Part shown: positions 1-9,413 of the stretch, piece by piece | How the letters are laid out: the number at the start of each line of letters is the position of its first letter | Numbering within the stretch: position 1 is the stretch's first letter | From: Selaginella moellendorffii | Taxonomy: Eukaryota > Plantae > Lycopodiophyta | DNA length: 10,938 nt | Reading direction: 5' to 3' | Assembly (NCBI RefSeq): GCF_000143415.4 | Contig: NW_003314588.1 | Coordinates: 1 to 10,938, forward strand | Translations under genes and position numbers: made by a program | Notes under the pieces: generated by a model | The model's database searches: none | The model's input: the letters and a program-made list of their open reading frames with translations, nothing else | Told to the model about the DNA's origin: nothing

Positions 1-372
1 CTTCTGCTCACCCAGTGGCAAGGTGAGCTTCATTGTGGTGGCGGTGATCTAGAGCAGGTTAATGACCTATGCGTTTCTCTACAGGGGCACGGTGATGTAC
101 AAATCCAATTAGTCTGAAGACAAGAAGCATCGTCACACCCATGGACGTGTATCAATTCTTGTGACACACTAGGTAGGATCCAATCCAACTTCACCAACTC
201 GCAGAGAAAAAGAGAACTAAGAAAGACAAACAAAGAATAGTGGCCATGGCCATATCTGGACAAATTAAGTGAATTGGTGCCAGATTCAATTGTATTTGTG
301 TTGTAATACTACATTATTTATAACGTGTCTCCTGCTCTTGACTGTCTAGAAGTCCCAATGGTAGAGCCAATT

Positions 373-1833
373 TCATGCTACAAGGATCATTGATGAAACA
401 AATCTCGCCATGTAAGATTGCACTGCCTGAGCAAAGCCAGGCTTGTACGAGAAGAGCAGCCCACGGAAAAGCTTCCCATCGATGGACGCTTCTAATGTGT
501 ATCCGTAGTTGAATACGTCGCTTACTCTAGCCTCGAACATCTTCTTGCCTAGCGGCTGAACATGAGCTTGAAACTATGTAGCATGAGTTTGACAGGGAAA
601 AATTGGAGAGGTCCAAGTTTTTCTGCAGATACCTCCGTGAGATGAAACCAAGCTCTTGTCCGCATCCCGTTGCTTGTCTAGCACGAATGGCGTGGCACGA
701 TACTCTTGCCGCCTTCTCTTAAGTTCCTTATGCATGGCGCATGGATAGCTTTGGCTCTGATGGATCTTTCTCCCTCAGCATCTCTTCACAGAAAAACGGC
801 AACCATATTGTCAAGAATGTCAGCAATGTCAATTAAAGAAGAACCCAACCTGTGTCGAGGAAATACATGTCATCCAGAGCTTCAAGCTCTTCGTTACATC
901 CCCCATAGAAGAATCATATGCCTCGCTCTGCGTCCACGGAATCTCCTGCAAGGGAGAAACATGGAGAAGGCCAGGGACCAGAGGGATTCGAAGTCGCCCA
1001 AACACCAGTCACTACAAAATACGTAAAAGCCCCATGAGAGACTCACGTACTTAAGTCGAGAGTATGGACGTCATTGAATAGCTTGTGATCATAGGAGAAT
1101 CCTCCAAACACGACGAGATACTTTCCATGGCTGATTGTTGTGTGCCCGGCTCTTAGCATCAGCTCCGCACCAGTCGTCTTTACCTCCTGCCATGCCATTG
1201 TTTCTGGAAACGCAAATGAATTCGCAAGTTTAAAACCAGCACAATGTATGTACCTGTGTCCAGAATATAAACGTCATTTAGATAGGCATTACCACTGTCC
1301 TCGCCACCCATGACAATGAAACAGTTCTTATAGAAAGAGCAGGTGTGGCCATCCCGAGGAATAAGCGAGACTCCAGTGGTAGAAATCTTCTTCCAGACAA
1401 AAGTATCTACAGGAAAAAAAAAAAGGTTTAGAAGAAAACAAGAAAAGATAACAGGATATTACTCGTGTTCAAAACATGGAGGTCGTTGTAGTACTCCTAC
1501 TCTGNNNNNNNNNNNNNNNNNNNNNNNNNNNNNNNNNNNNNNNNNNNNNNNNNNNNNNNNNNNNNNNNNNNNNNNNNNNNNNNNNNNNNNNNNNNNNNNN
1601 NNNNNNNNNNNNNNNNNNNNNNNNNNNNNNNNNNNNNNNNNNNNNNNNNNNNNNNNNNNNNNNNNNNNNNNNNCGGAGCTTACCAGTATCCAAAACAAAG
1701 AGATCGTTCAGCGGGCTGGTTCCATCGGTACCACCAAACACATAGAGCTTAGACCCGACGGCCGTTGAGCTGTGGCTGTCTCGAGGAGAAGGGTGCGTTC
1801 CTTTCATCACAGGCTTGCTCCAGGTGTACGTCC
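373..1833 (-). pseudogene. Kelch-repeat (galactose oxidase/kelch beta-propeller) gene fragment, At1g18610/At1g74150-like; 5'-truncated and disabled
   Basis: GT-AG exons 1833-1684 (TYTWSKPVMKGTHPSPRDSHSSTAVGSKLYVFGGTDGTSPLNDLFVLDT), gap-1463 (E*EYYNDLHVLNT), 1406-1254 (TFVWKKISTTGVSLIPRDGHTCSFYKNCFIVMGGEDSGNAYLNDVYILDT), 1203-1051 (..RAGHTTISHGKYLVVFGGFSYDHKLFNDVH..), 1011-850 (..GI*FFYGGCNEELEALDDMYFLDT), ~783-633 (..KLSMR/KELKRRRQEY..) and 573-373 (..KKMFEARVSDVFNYGYTLEASIDGKLFRGLLFSYK..). One kelch repeat per exon with phase-1 introns. In-frame stops at 1497-1499 and 914-916, a 7-nt frameshift near 730-736, and no first kelch exon. Confidence 0.9.
1505..1673. other. Assembly gap (169 N)
   Basis: Run of N. 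The size matches the rest of one short intron plus most of one ~165-nt kelch exon. Confidence 0.99.
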
Positions 1834-1877
1834 CTGCGCGATCCCACCAGAAGAGTGAAGAACCTTGATTCTAGTTG

Positions 1878-2599
1878 TTATTGACAACGTGAATCCCCTC
1901 GTTGTCCGAGACGTTGTCCCTGTCGTGAGCTCCATCCACCATAGCCTCTTCGCCTTTCACTCCCAATCCTCATCACATTTCCGAGCAGAGCACGTCTATC
2001 TGTCGAATGCACCTGCGCAGGCGGATGCTGGCGATTTTTTTCCCAGCATAAATCTGGAAGGCGTCAAGCCTGTTATCACTGATCATCGAGCACAACTATG
2101 GTGACACAGAGAAAGCCGTGAGCCTCTCAAACCTTTGCAAATGGAGAAACAAACACAACCTCATTGTAATAGGCTGGGACTTTCAGCCGCTTAGGATCGT
2201 TATCCAGTGCCGTTCCCAGGACTCCTTCCGGAGCTGTCCAAAAATGAATGCGTTAGAGTTTTTTCTAGTGTCTAAATCGAAGGAACTCACTCAAAGGTGT
2301 TGGATAAGGAACAAATGTAGGTTGCGGCTTTTGGTAGGAGGTTTTTTGGTCCCTCACCAGGCTCGACGCCACCGTTGCTGCAATTGGCCGGAATATCTTG
2401 GTCATCCTGGAACATCTCAAGTTAGAATCGCAGGGACGACAATAGGGGGTCGAGACTCTTTTACCAGATGATATTCTCTGTTGAGTACTTTTTCCATAAG
2501 TGTAACTCTTTTCTTCACGAACTCGGTAATTCTACGAACTCTACAAACAGAGACAAATCCCTTCCTAGGGTTAGAAATAGGATAAATGAAATGTACCAT
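1878..2599 (-). pseudogene. Unidentified multi-exon gene fragment (putative captured exons)
   Basis: Phase-compatible GT-AG structure: ATG 2599-2597 | 2531-2291 (NYRVREEKSYTYGK..FVPYPTPL) | 2233-2160 (TPEGVLGTALDNDPKRLKVPAYYNE) | 2012-1878 (VHSTDRRALLG..*). Genic GC level and T-rich short introns with CTAAC branch-like motifs. No family recognised. Confidence 0.4.
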
Positions 2600-2814
2600 C
2601 TACATATCAATCTGCAAAGCATTCCCTCCGATGGAGCGGTTGCAAATCTAGATTTGAAACAGTACCTCCCATATGGCCATCTTGGCCGTCTATATCAATC
2701 GTCACAGATTTGGACAGTCAGATGAATAGTATCTGCCATAAGTAAATTTGAATATTCTTAAAATGGAATATGTGACGCCGATGCCAAAATAGCAACTTTA
2801 AATAAAGAGTTTGA

Positions 2815-2840
2815 CTAGCAGAGACCCCAGCTCCGCTGGG
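2815..2840 (-). terminator. Helitron 3' terminus: hairpin + CTAG (rolling-circle terminator, not a transcription terminator)
   Basis: Minus strand CCCAGC-GGA-GCTGGG (2840-2826), 7-nt spacer, CTAG (2818-2815), then T. Confidence 0.8.
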
Positions 2841-3110
2841 AGATATAGCATACCCAAGATAAATAGATCTTTTTTTCTAATTTTATTGTATACAAGCATT
2901 ATAATTTATTATCAGATAAATGATAAATCAGAAATTATAAATGAATTCTCAATAAAAAATTTAGTTATAATTCTATTGTTGTGAATATTCAAGTGATGGT
3001 AGAAATGATGACTAACATGTATTATTCCCCTTTTCAATTATATTCTGAGACTCTCGCTCGAGAAGCTCTCATATTCAAAACCTGATTTTAGATCTTGATA
3101 TAGTTTATCT

Positions 3111-3770
3111 CTGAGAGATATAGCATTCCCAAGATAAATAATTCTTGTTTTTCTTATTTTAAAGTTTTAGAAATTTTTATTGTATATAAAGCTAGATTTA
3201 TCTAAAATTCTACTATTCATCTCTAGAGAAATGCACAATAATTCAAAAAGATAATAATGCAAGTGTTGGAGATAATATGATAACTTTTTATCATCATTAA
3301 ATTTAAATATGATGTTTTTATTACCTTTATAAAATGGTGCACAAGCCTAAACACATCTACAGAATTGCTGCCATGCTTGAAAAGCAATTAAGTTTTCACA
3401 AAACCAAAGATCATAGACTACCAAAAAATAATAGGTTAGTTTTGAGAAATTATAATTTTAATTGCATATTGAGTTCAATTCTTTTTCTCTGAACTATAAT
3501 AATGCCTCTAACATTCATAGTTTACTAAAGAATAATAGAATTTCTATTATGTGTCTGGTTTTACATTTTAAAACATACATAAATATCTATCTAACATGCT
3601 ACCACATTTATATTAAACCTCATAATCTGACACTGAAGAATGGTTTAGATTATAGATTCTAAATTAAACTAATATTCTCTTTGATATTCATCCAAAGATA
3701 ATAATTATATTATACATATAATTTTGTATTAAGACAAATCTGTATTACTGCTTCATGATAAAATTATGAA
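3111..3770 (+). repeat. Direct repeat copy A1 (Helitron 3'-subterminal sequence), similar to 5878-6465; its start also repeats 2836-2890
   Basis: Shared blocks such as CCTAAACACATCTAC, TTGCTGCCATGCTT, CATAGTTTACTAAAGAATAATAGAA, ATTATGTGTCTGGTTTTACATTT and CATCCAAAGATAATAATTATATTA. Roughly 80% identity by eye. Confidence 0.9.
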
Positions 3771-4840
3771 TTCATGTCTGATATATAACATGGTATCTAA
3801 TATGGTATAAGATATCTCATACACATACAAATATCAAATCCATTTCTTAATAATATATGAAAAATTAGCAAAGTCTTTTATATTTTTACGTAGTATTCTT
3901 GCTCATAACCTCACTTAAATCTACCATCAGCTTTATATGAGTTTCATCTTTTTTCTGAATATAAACAATGATTTATTTTCTATAGTTAAAACATATGCTT
4001 TACATAAGTCTTTTGATCTAGATTTTTTCTGCATATGTATTATCTTAATCCCTATCAGAAAACTAAGGAAGATGTCTTGTTAGTTCAAAATGGTAAATTA
4101 ATTATTTAAAATAATTAAAGTTAATGGTTTCTAAATAAAGAAAAATTATGTGTCACAATTGTGGGAAAAATATAACTCCACTAGAAAATATAGAAATAAT
4201 ATTTTAAAAATATTTATATGAGATTTTTGATAAAATAAAACATATTAATACATCTATAATGCAGAACATACATTAACAATAGATCAAGAGTGTGTAAGAC
4301 ATTTTGTACCATATAATATAAAAGATAACTACTATGAAATTCAAATGATGAAGAGACAAAATACTTGAGAAGGAAAAACATAGAAGAAATTTTATACAAA
4401 TAAGGATTTAAAAGGTTAAAAAGAGTGGTCTAAATGAACTTCTCATGGAAAAGAGTTTCAGGTTAAACATTAGTACAATAACTCCCAATTAAGTATCTAG
4501 ATTGTTAGGAATAAATTTGAAAATAATAAACTATGATTTCTCAAGATTATATTTAGGTGATATCATCCTAGAAGTTATGATTATAAAAGCTTATGGATGT
4601 TATGACTTTGAAAGCTTTAATAAACCTTGAAACTTGAAACAATTTTATTCAAGATAGTCTCTAGCCAATGGATTTTAAATTATATAGAGAAACAAATTTA
4701 AAAAATTTCAGTTTATATATAAAATTGCCATTAAGATATGAAAAAAAATTTATATAAATGATAAAATTATTATAAACAAATAAAAATTTATATTTTTCTT
4801 AACTTAATTCAAGCACTTAAATAAATTTTTTATTATATTT

Positions 4841-5529
4841 TTATTTTAAAATATAAAATACTAAGAAATGTTAATATGTTATGAATTAATTTATTTTTCT
4901 ATTTAGCAAAATTGTTGATGATATAAATATCCAAAACATGCACATACTTGAGGAAATTTTAAAAATGTCATTAGTTTTGGAGGATTTTTTTAATAAAAAT
5001 TAATTCTTTTAAATCATATTTAGTCTTCAAGAGTAGAGCTTTCTACAATATTCATATTAAAATTAATATAAACCATAACTGTAAATATTACTTTTTATAA
5101 ATTTTTTGATAAATAGTTGTTATACATGTGTTGGATGTCAATTATAAATTTTATATTATTTTAAAAATAAATTTAATATCAATATATTTTTTTTTACGTA
5201 GTAATATAATATATAATTATATAAATCTAACTTTTAATGTTCTTTAAAATTTGAGTATCCAAAATGTAATTTTTAATGCAATAAAAAAGAAGTATTGAGA
5301 ATATAATTCAATAGTAACACTTTACTCAAAAATGATAAACTTAATAATACAAATTTCTTTTATAAAATAAAACTGTAACATTGAATAATTATACATTTAA
5401 ATTATTTAATATGACATTAAAATAATGTATCACATTAAAACTATATTAATATTAATGTTTACATACTAATGTGTCGGATCCATGTTTATATTTAAAAAAT
5501 TAATATTTTTTTAATCTAGCTTAATCAGT
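4841..5529 (+). repeat. Long inverted repeat, left arm (~689 bp)
   Basis: Reverse complement of 6541-7229. For example, 5461-5529 vs 6541-6609 differ at about 2 positions. Around 95% identity overall by eye. Confidence 0.95.
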
Positions 5530-5725
5530 TATATTTATTATGTTATGATGTGTGCTGGTAAAAAGGGTCAATTGTAGAATTGATTTTTAATATAAATATT
5601 ATATTATGTTTAACTATATACTTTATCATTATGATTATTTTAAAAATTATAATTACAATTACAACTCTTTTAAATTACTAAGAGATTAGGGATAAACACA
5701 ATACGCCCAGTGTAGCTGGGACTTT
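5530..5725 (+). repeat. Inverted internal copy of the type-B Helitron 3' end (hairpin kept, CTAG lost)
   Basis: Reverse complement aligns with ~10244-10415 (AACATAATATAATATTTATATT, TTCTACAA, GTGTTTAT). CCCAGTGTAGCTGGGACTTT at 5706-5725 matches minus-strand CCCAGCGTAGCTGGGACTTTTGCTAG at 10262-10237. Confidence 0.85.
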
Positions 5726-5877
5726 AATCCCTAATTTTCATTGCTCCCAGCATTGATAATATTATTACAATATATTAAATGTTATGTTTAATTTTAATAA
5801 TGCAATATCAAATTAATCAAATACTTTTTGTTTTATAAAGTTTTCATTCTATAGGACAAAGAGTATGCTTAAACATC

Positions 5878-6465
5878 TGCTGGGAGATATACCATACCCA
5901 ATAGAAATAGACCTTCTCTTCTAATTTTACAATGTTAGAAATTATGATTGTATACAATGTTAAATTTATCTTAATTTTGCTACTATTCATCACCAGAGAA
6001 ATGGAAAATAATGCAAGTGTTGAGGAATATAAGAACATTTTTTAATCATCATTAAATTTGAATTTAAATTTTTTTATTACCTTTATAAAAATCTACACAA
6101 ACCTAAACACATCTACAAGTTTGCTGCCATGCTTTAAAAGAAATTAAGTTTTCACATAACCAAGGAATTATATACTACCAAAAATTAAAATGTTAGCTTG
6201 GGGAAATTCTAATTTTGGTTGCATATTGAGCTAAGTTGTTTTCATCTGAACTGTAGTGATTCCTCTAACTTTCATAGTTTACTAAAGAATAATAGAAATT
6301 TTATTATGTGTCTGGTTTTACATTTAAAAATATACATAAGTAAATCTATCTAGATATTCACATAGGTGTTTGAAAAGAGGTACATCCAAAGATAATAATT
6401 ATATTACAGATATAATGTTTGTATTAAGACAAACCTGTACTAATGCTTTATGATAAAACTATGTA
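5878..6465 (+). repeat. Direct repeat copy A2, beginning with one arm (GCTGGGAG) of the Helitron terminator hairpin
   Basis: GCTGGGAGATATACCATACCCAATAGAAATAGA matches GCTGGGAGATATAGCATACCCAAGATAAATAGA at 2835, then runs collinear with 3180-3770. Confidence 0.9.
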
Positions 6466-6540
6466 TTTCAATTTAAAAATACATTACTAATAAATGATTC
6501 AAAACTACTTACTAATCAGCAATTATACAAAGGGGAACAT

Positions 6541-7229
6541 ACTGATTAAGCTAGATTATAAAAATATTAATTTTTTAAATATAAACATGGATCTGACACA
6601 TTAGTATGTAAACATTAATATTAATATAGTTTTAATGTGATACATTATTTTAATGTCATATTAAATAATTTAAATGTATAATTATTCAATGTTACAGTTT
6701 TATTTTATAAAAAAAATTGTATTACTAAGTTTTTCATTTTTGAGTAAAGTGTTACTATTGAATTATATTCTCAATACTTCTTTTTTATTGCATTAAAAAT
6801 TACATTTTGGATACTGAAATTTTAAAGAACATGAAAATTTAGATTTATATAATTATATATTATATTACTATGTAAAGAAAAAAATATATTGATATTTAAT
6901 TTATTTTTAAAATAATATAAAATTTATAATTGACATCTAACACATGTATAACAACTATTTATCAAAAAATTTATAAAAAGTAATATTTACAGTTATGGTT
7001 TATATTAATTTTAATATGAATATTGTAGAAAGCTCTACTCTTGAAGACTAAATATGATTTACAAAATTAATTGTTATTATAAAAATCCTCCAAAACTAAT
7101 GACATTTTTAAAATTTCCTCAAGTATGTGCATGTTTTGGATATTTATATCATCAACAATTTTGCTAAATAGAAAAATAAATTAATTTGTAACATATTAAC
7201 ATTTCTTAGTATTTTATATTTCAAAATAA
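6541..7229 (-). repeat. Long inverted repeat, right arm (~689 bp)
   Basis: ACTGATTAAGCTAGATT...ATTTCTTAGTATTTTATATTTCAAAATAA is the reverse complement of 4841-5529, with a 1011-bp spacer. Confidence 0.95.
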
Positions 7230-7455
7230 TAGCATTCTTTTATTTTCTTTCTTGGTTGAAATACTCCACTATCTGGTTTTTAACTAAAAGAATCTATACT
7301 ATTTACTATTCAGTAATGGTTTATATATTTGTCATCTTTTAAAACCTATCTATAACACTTAAATTCTATTGCCACTATCTACATCCATTGGAGTTGAAGT
7401 GGGAATATGTTGATATTGTAAATGGATTTAGCATATATAACAAAAGCACCACAGG

Positions 7456-8295
7456 GGATTCTATCAAAGCGGCCAGTCGTGCATTCACATGCTGTGTCTT
7501 TATGTGAGAGGTGAGGTATCCGACACTCCTCTTTAAATTCTATCGTATTCTTTGTTCTCAAATCAAGCTTTGATCTAATGTATCTGGTGCTGGTTGTGTA
7601 GGTGAAGGACGCATTGATCACTGCTGTTAAGAAACTCAAAGGTGGAGATCCTCGCCAAGACGACATGTCCATCGGGCCCAAGATATCCAAGTCGACAGCA
7701 GCTATAGTGGAGAAGAGCATGAACGATAGACATAATCGGCAGGTGCCAAACTTCTAGTTGGTGGTAAGCGAAGGGGAGCTTTCATGGAGCCAATGATCCT
7801 GGAAGACGCTCCCTTTGACACGGACGCAAGGAAGGAAGAGATTTTTGGTCCCATGATCCTTCTCTACTCATACAAGTAAGCTCTCAAAGTTTCTTAGCTA
7901 CCGAAGTTCTTATTTACTCTCTTTTTTTTTTTTTTCTAAACTAAAACGGTGGTGACGCAGTGATTTCAAGGAAGCCGTGAAGGAAGCTAACAACACACAT
8001 TACGGTCTCCAATCTGGCATCTTTATGCATGATCTAAACAAGGCCTTCTATGCGTTTGAGCACATAGAGGTAGCTTTGAGTTTGAGATATAGAAAGTATT
8101 GATCGTTTGTTTGATGATTATTTGATCTTCACAGGCTGGAGGAGTTTGCCTCAATGATTCGCCAAGCATGCGCGTTGATAGCCAGCCATACGGTGGGATC
8201 AAAGACTCTGGAATCCAGTCAAGTACGCGATGGATGACATGCTCAAAACCAAGGTTTTAGTCATGTGCAATGTAGGCAACGCGTCTTACTTTTGA
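7456..8295 (+). pseudogene. ALDH21A1: Aldehyde dehydrogenase family 21 (NADP+-dependent succinic semialdehyde dehydrogenase-like), C-terminal fragment, frameshifted
   Basis: Exons ~7456-7515 (GFYQSGQSCIHMLCLYV, catalytic Cys codon 7480-7482), 7602-7875 (VKDALITAVKKLKGGDP../AGAKLLVGGKRRGAFMEPMILED..RKEEIFGP..), 7961-8069 (DFKEAVKEANNTHYGLQSGIFMHDLNKAFYAFEHIE) and 8135-8295 (..LNDSPSMRVDSQPYGGIKDSGIQ/VKYAMDDMLKTKVLVM..*). Frameshifts near 7730 and 8218; N-terminal half absent. Closely resembles the moss ALDH21A1 C-terminus as recalled. Confidence 0.88.
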
Positions 8296-8405
8296 TCAAG
8301 CTAGAGTTCGAGCTTTCGAGAAGAGTAAATACAGTCTATCCACAAATCATTGCCGAGTTGTCCTCGTTTGCTTGCTCGCTCTCTAGCACCATCAACCTTT
8401 TACCT

Positions 8406-9324
8406 TTAGGACGGAGAATGCTTGTCTATAAGCTCATGGGAGAAGGTCCATAGCTTGTGAGCGAGCTCGGGAGCTCTGCCATAAGCGCTACAGTTGGATT
8501 TGTTGGAATCCACGAAGTATTGCCCGGTGACGTCCTTGAGGCTTGGATGTAAAGCCGCGTAGCACGTCATAGCAGCGCCCTGAGAGATCGATCACGTATT
8601 AGTCATGAAAATCTTCCAGATAATTGGGAGAATTCTTCTTACCTGTGGCACATTTTTCCAAAGGAAGCTGGAGAAGAACTTGAGAAACCCTGCATGAAGA
8701 TCAAAGTAAGTTCCATAAGTAACCGAAAACAATGACGAGGCAAACAGAAAAACTCATTATGTAGAATGTGTGCCGCATCAAAGGCATAATTATAAACCCT
8801 GGGTGAACAGTGTTGGCTGTGATGTCAACTCCTTTGGCATAATCAGTGAAAGAGAAAGCATTGACGAAAGAGAAAGGTGGGAGAGATTTCAAAGCATTAG
8901 ATGAATACCTTGAATCTAATTGCCATCAAAGGTGTCATTATAAATCCTGGATGAACAGCGTTGGCTGTGATGTCAACTCCTTCGGCCTAATCAGCAAAAG
9001 AGAAAGCATTGGTGAAAGAGAAAGGTGGGAGAGATTAGACGAATACCTTGAATCTTATTGCCAGTTCTTTGGCGTGGAAAAAGTTTGCGAGCTTGGATTG
9101 ACTGTATGCTCTAGTGTCAGAGTACCTTTTGGAAGAAAAAAGGAAGAATGTAAGCTCACGAGAAAAGAGAGTTGTTTGGCGTACCAGGTTTTGTCATTAA
9201 GGTCTGAGAACTGGATTCCACCACTGTAAGAGGCGATATGCGCAACGGAGGAGAGATTGACAAACACTTTCCTTAGTGGTCTCCTTCATTTTGTCCAGTA
9301 GCAAGTTTGTGAGAAGAAAATGGC
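8406..9324 (-). pseudogene. Short-chain dehydrogenase/reductase, Tic32/retinol-dehydrogenase-like, C-terminal fragment
   Basis: Exons 9324-9185 (HFLLTNLLLDKMKETTKES/FVNLSSVAH..), 9125-9047 (YSDTRAYSQSKLAN.., YxxxK motif), 8986-8909 and its duplicate 8838-8754 (GVDITANAVHPGFI), 8689-8643 (FLKFFSSFLWKNVPQ) and 8579-8406 (GAAMTCYAALHPSLKDVTGQYFVD..KLWTFSHELI..*). Frameshifting deletion near 9265. The N-terminal TGxxxGIG region is missing. Confidence 0.9.
8776..9063. repeat. Tandem duplication (units ~148 and ~139 bp) of an exon-intron-exon segment in the SDR fragment
   Basis: 8776-8923 resembles 8924-9063 (CATCAAAGG..GAACAG.GTTGGCTGTGATGTCAACTCCTT..AAAGAGAAAGGTGGGAGAGATT..GAATACCTTGAATCT..TTGCCA). 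Confidence 0.93.
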
Positions 9325-9413
9325 CTAGACATCACAACAAGATAGAAAAGATACCTATGTATACACGGAAAATCATGGATTTCTTTTGATCAATTTCGAA
9401 TTTTTCCTCATAC

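Larger units (their letters stand above)
1..2814 (-). mobile_element. Putative non-autonomous Helitron, 5' part (continues off the left edge), carrying unknown exons and the kelch fragment
   Basis: Minus strand starts TCAAACTCTTTATTTAAAG at 2814, the canonical Helitron 5' TC, immediately after a CTAG end. The first ~65 bp are homologous to 10168-10236. The left boundary is not visible. Confidence 0.55.

Noticed and set aside
1-350. 77-aa minus ORF and possible further exons, including a candidate last kelch exon at ~346-318
   Set aside because: Looks genic with intron-like tracts, but no family was recognised. The extra kelch exon requires assuming a mutated donor site.
706-1026. 106-aa plus-strand ORF, and 1343-1768, 1476-1745, 1459-1698
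   Set aside because: Antisense or off-frame shadows of kelch exons, or artefacts of reading through the N gap.
2172-2188. GGCTG-GGACTTT-CAGCC hairpin sharing GCTGGGACTTT with the Helitron end
   Set aside because: Only an 11-nt match, with no CTAG and no flanking homology, and it lies in a putative exon. Probably chance.
3462-6038. Short ORFs in the AT-rich region (3462-3662, 4214-4399, 5844-6038) and a possible decayed Rep/helicase
   Set aside because: Composition-biased short ORFs. No HUH or PIF1 helicase motifs were recognised in the frames inspected; a tBLASTn search would be needed to exclude remnants.
4841-7229. MULE/Foldback element with long TIRs
   Set aside because: No 8-10 bp TSD (TATTATATTT vs TAGCATTCTT), no typical G-starting TIR ends, and the left arm is continuous with Helitron 3' sequence.
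7379-7720. 113-aa minus-strand ORF
   Set aside because: Antisense to ALDH21 exons with no recognisable motif.
8846-9229. 127-aa plus-strand ORF with an internal repeat
   Set aside because: Antisense to SDR exons. The repeat simply reflects the tandem duplication.
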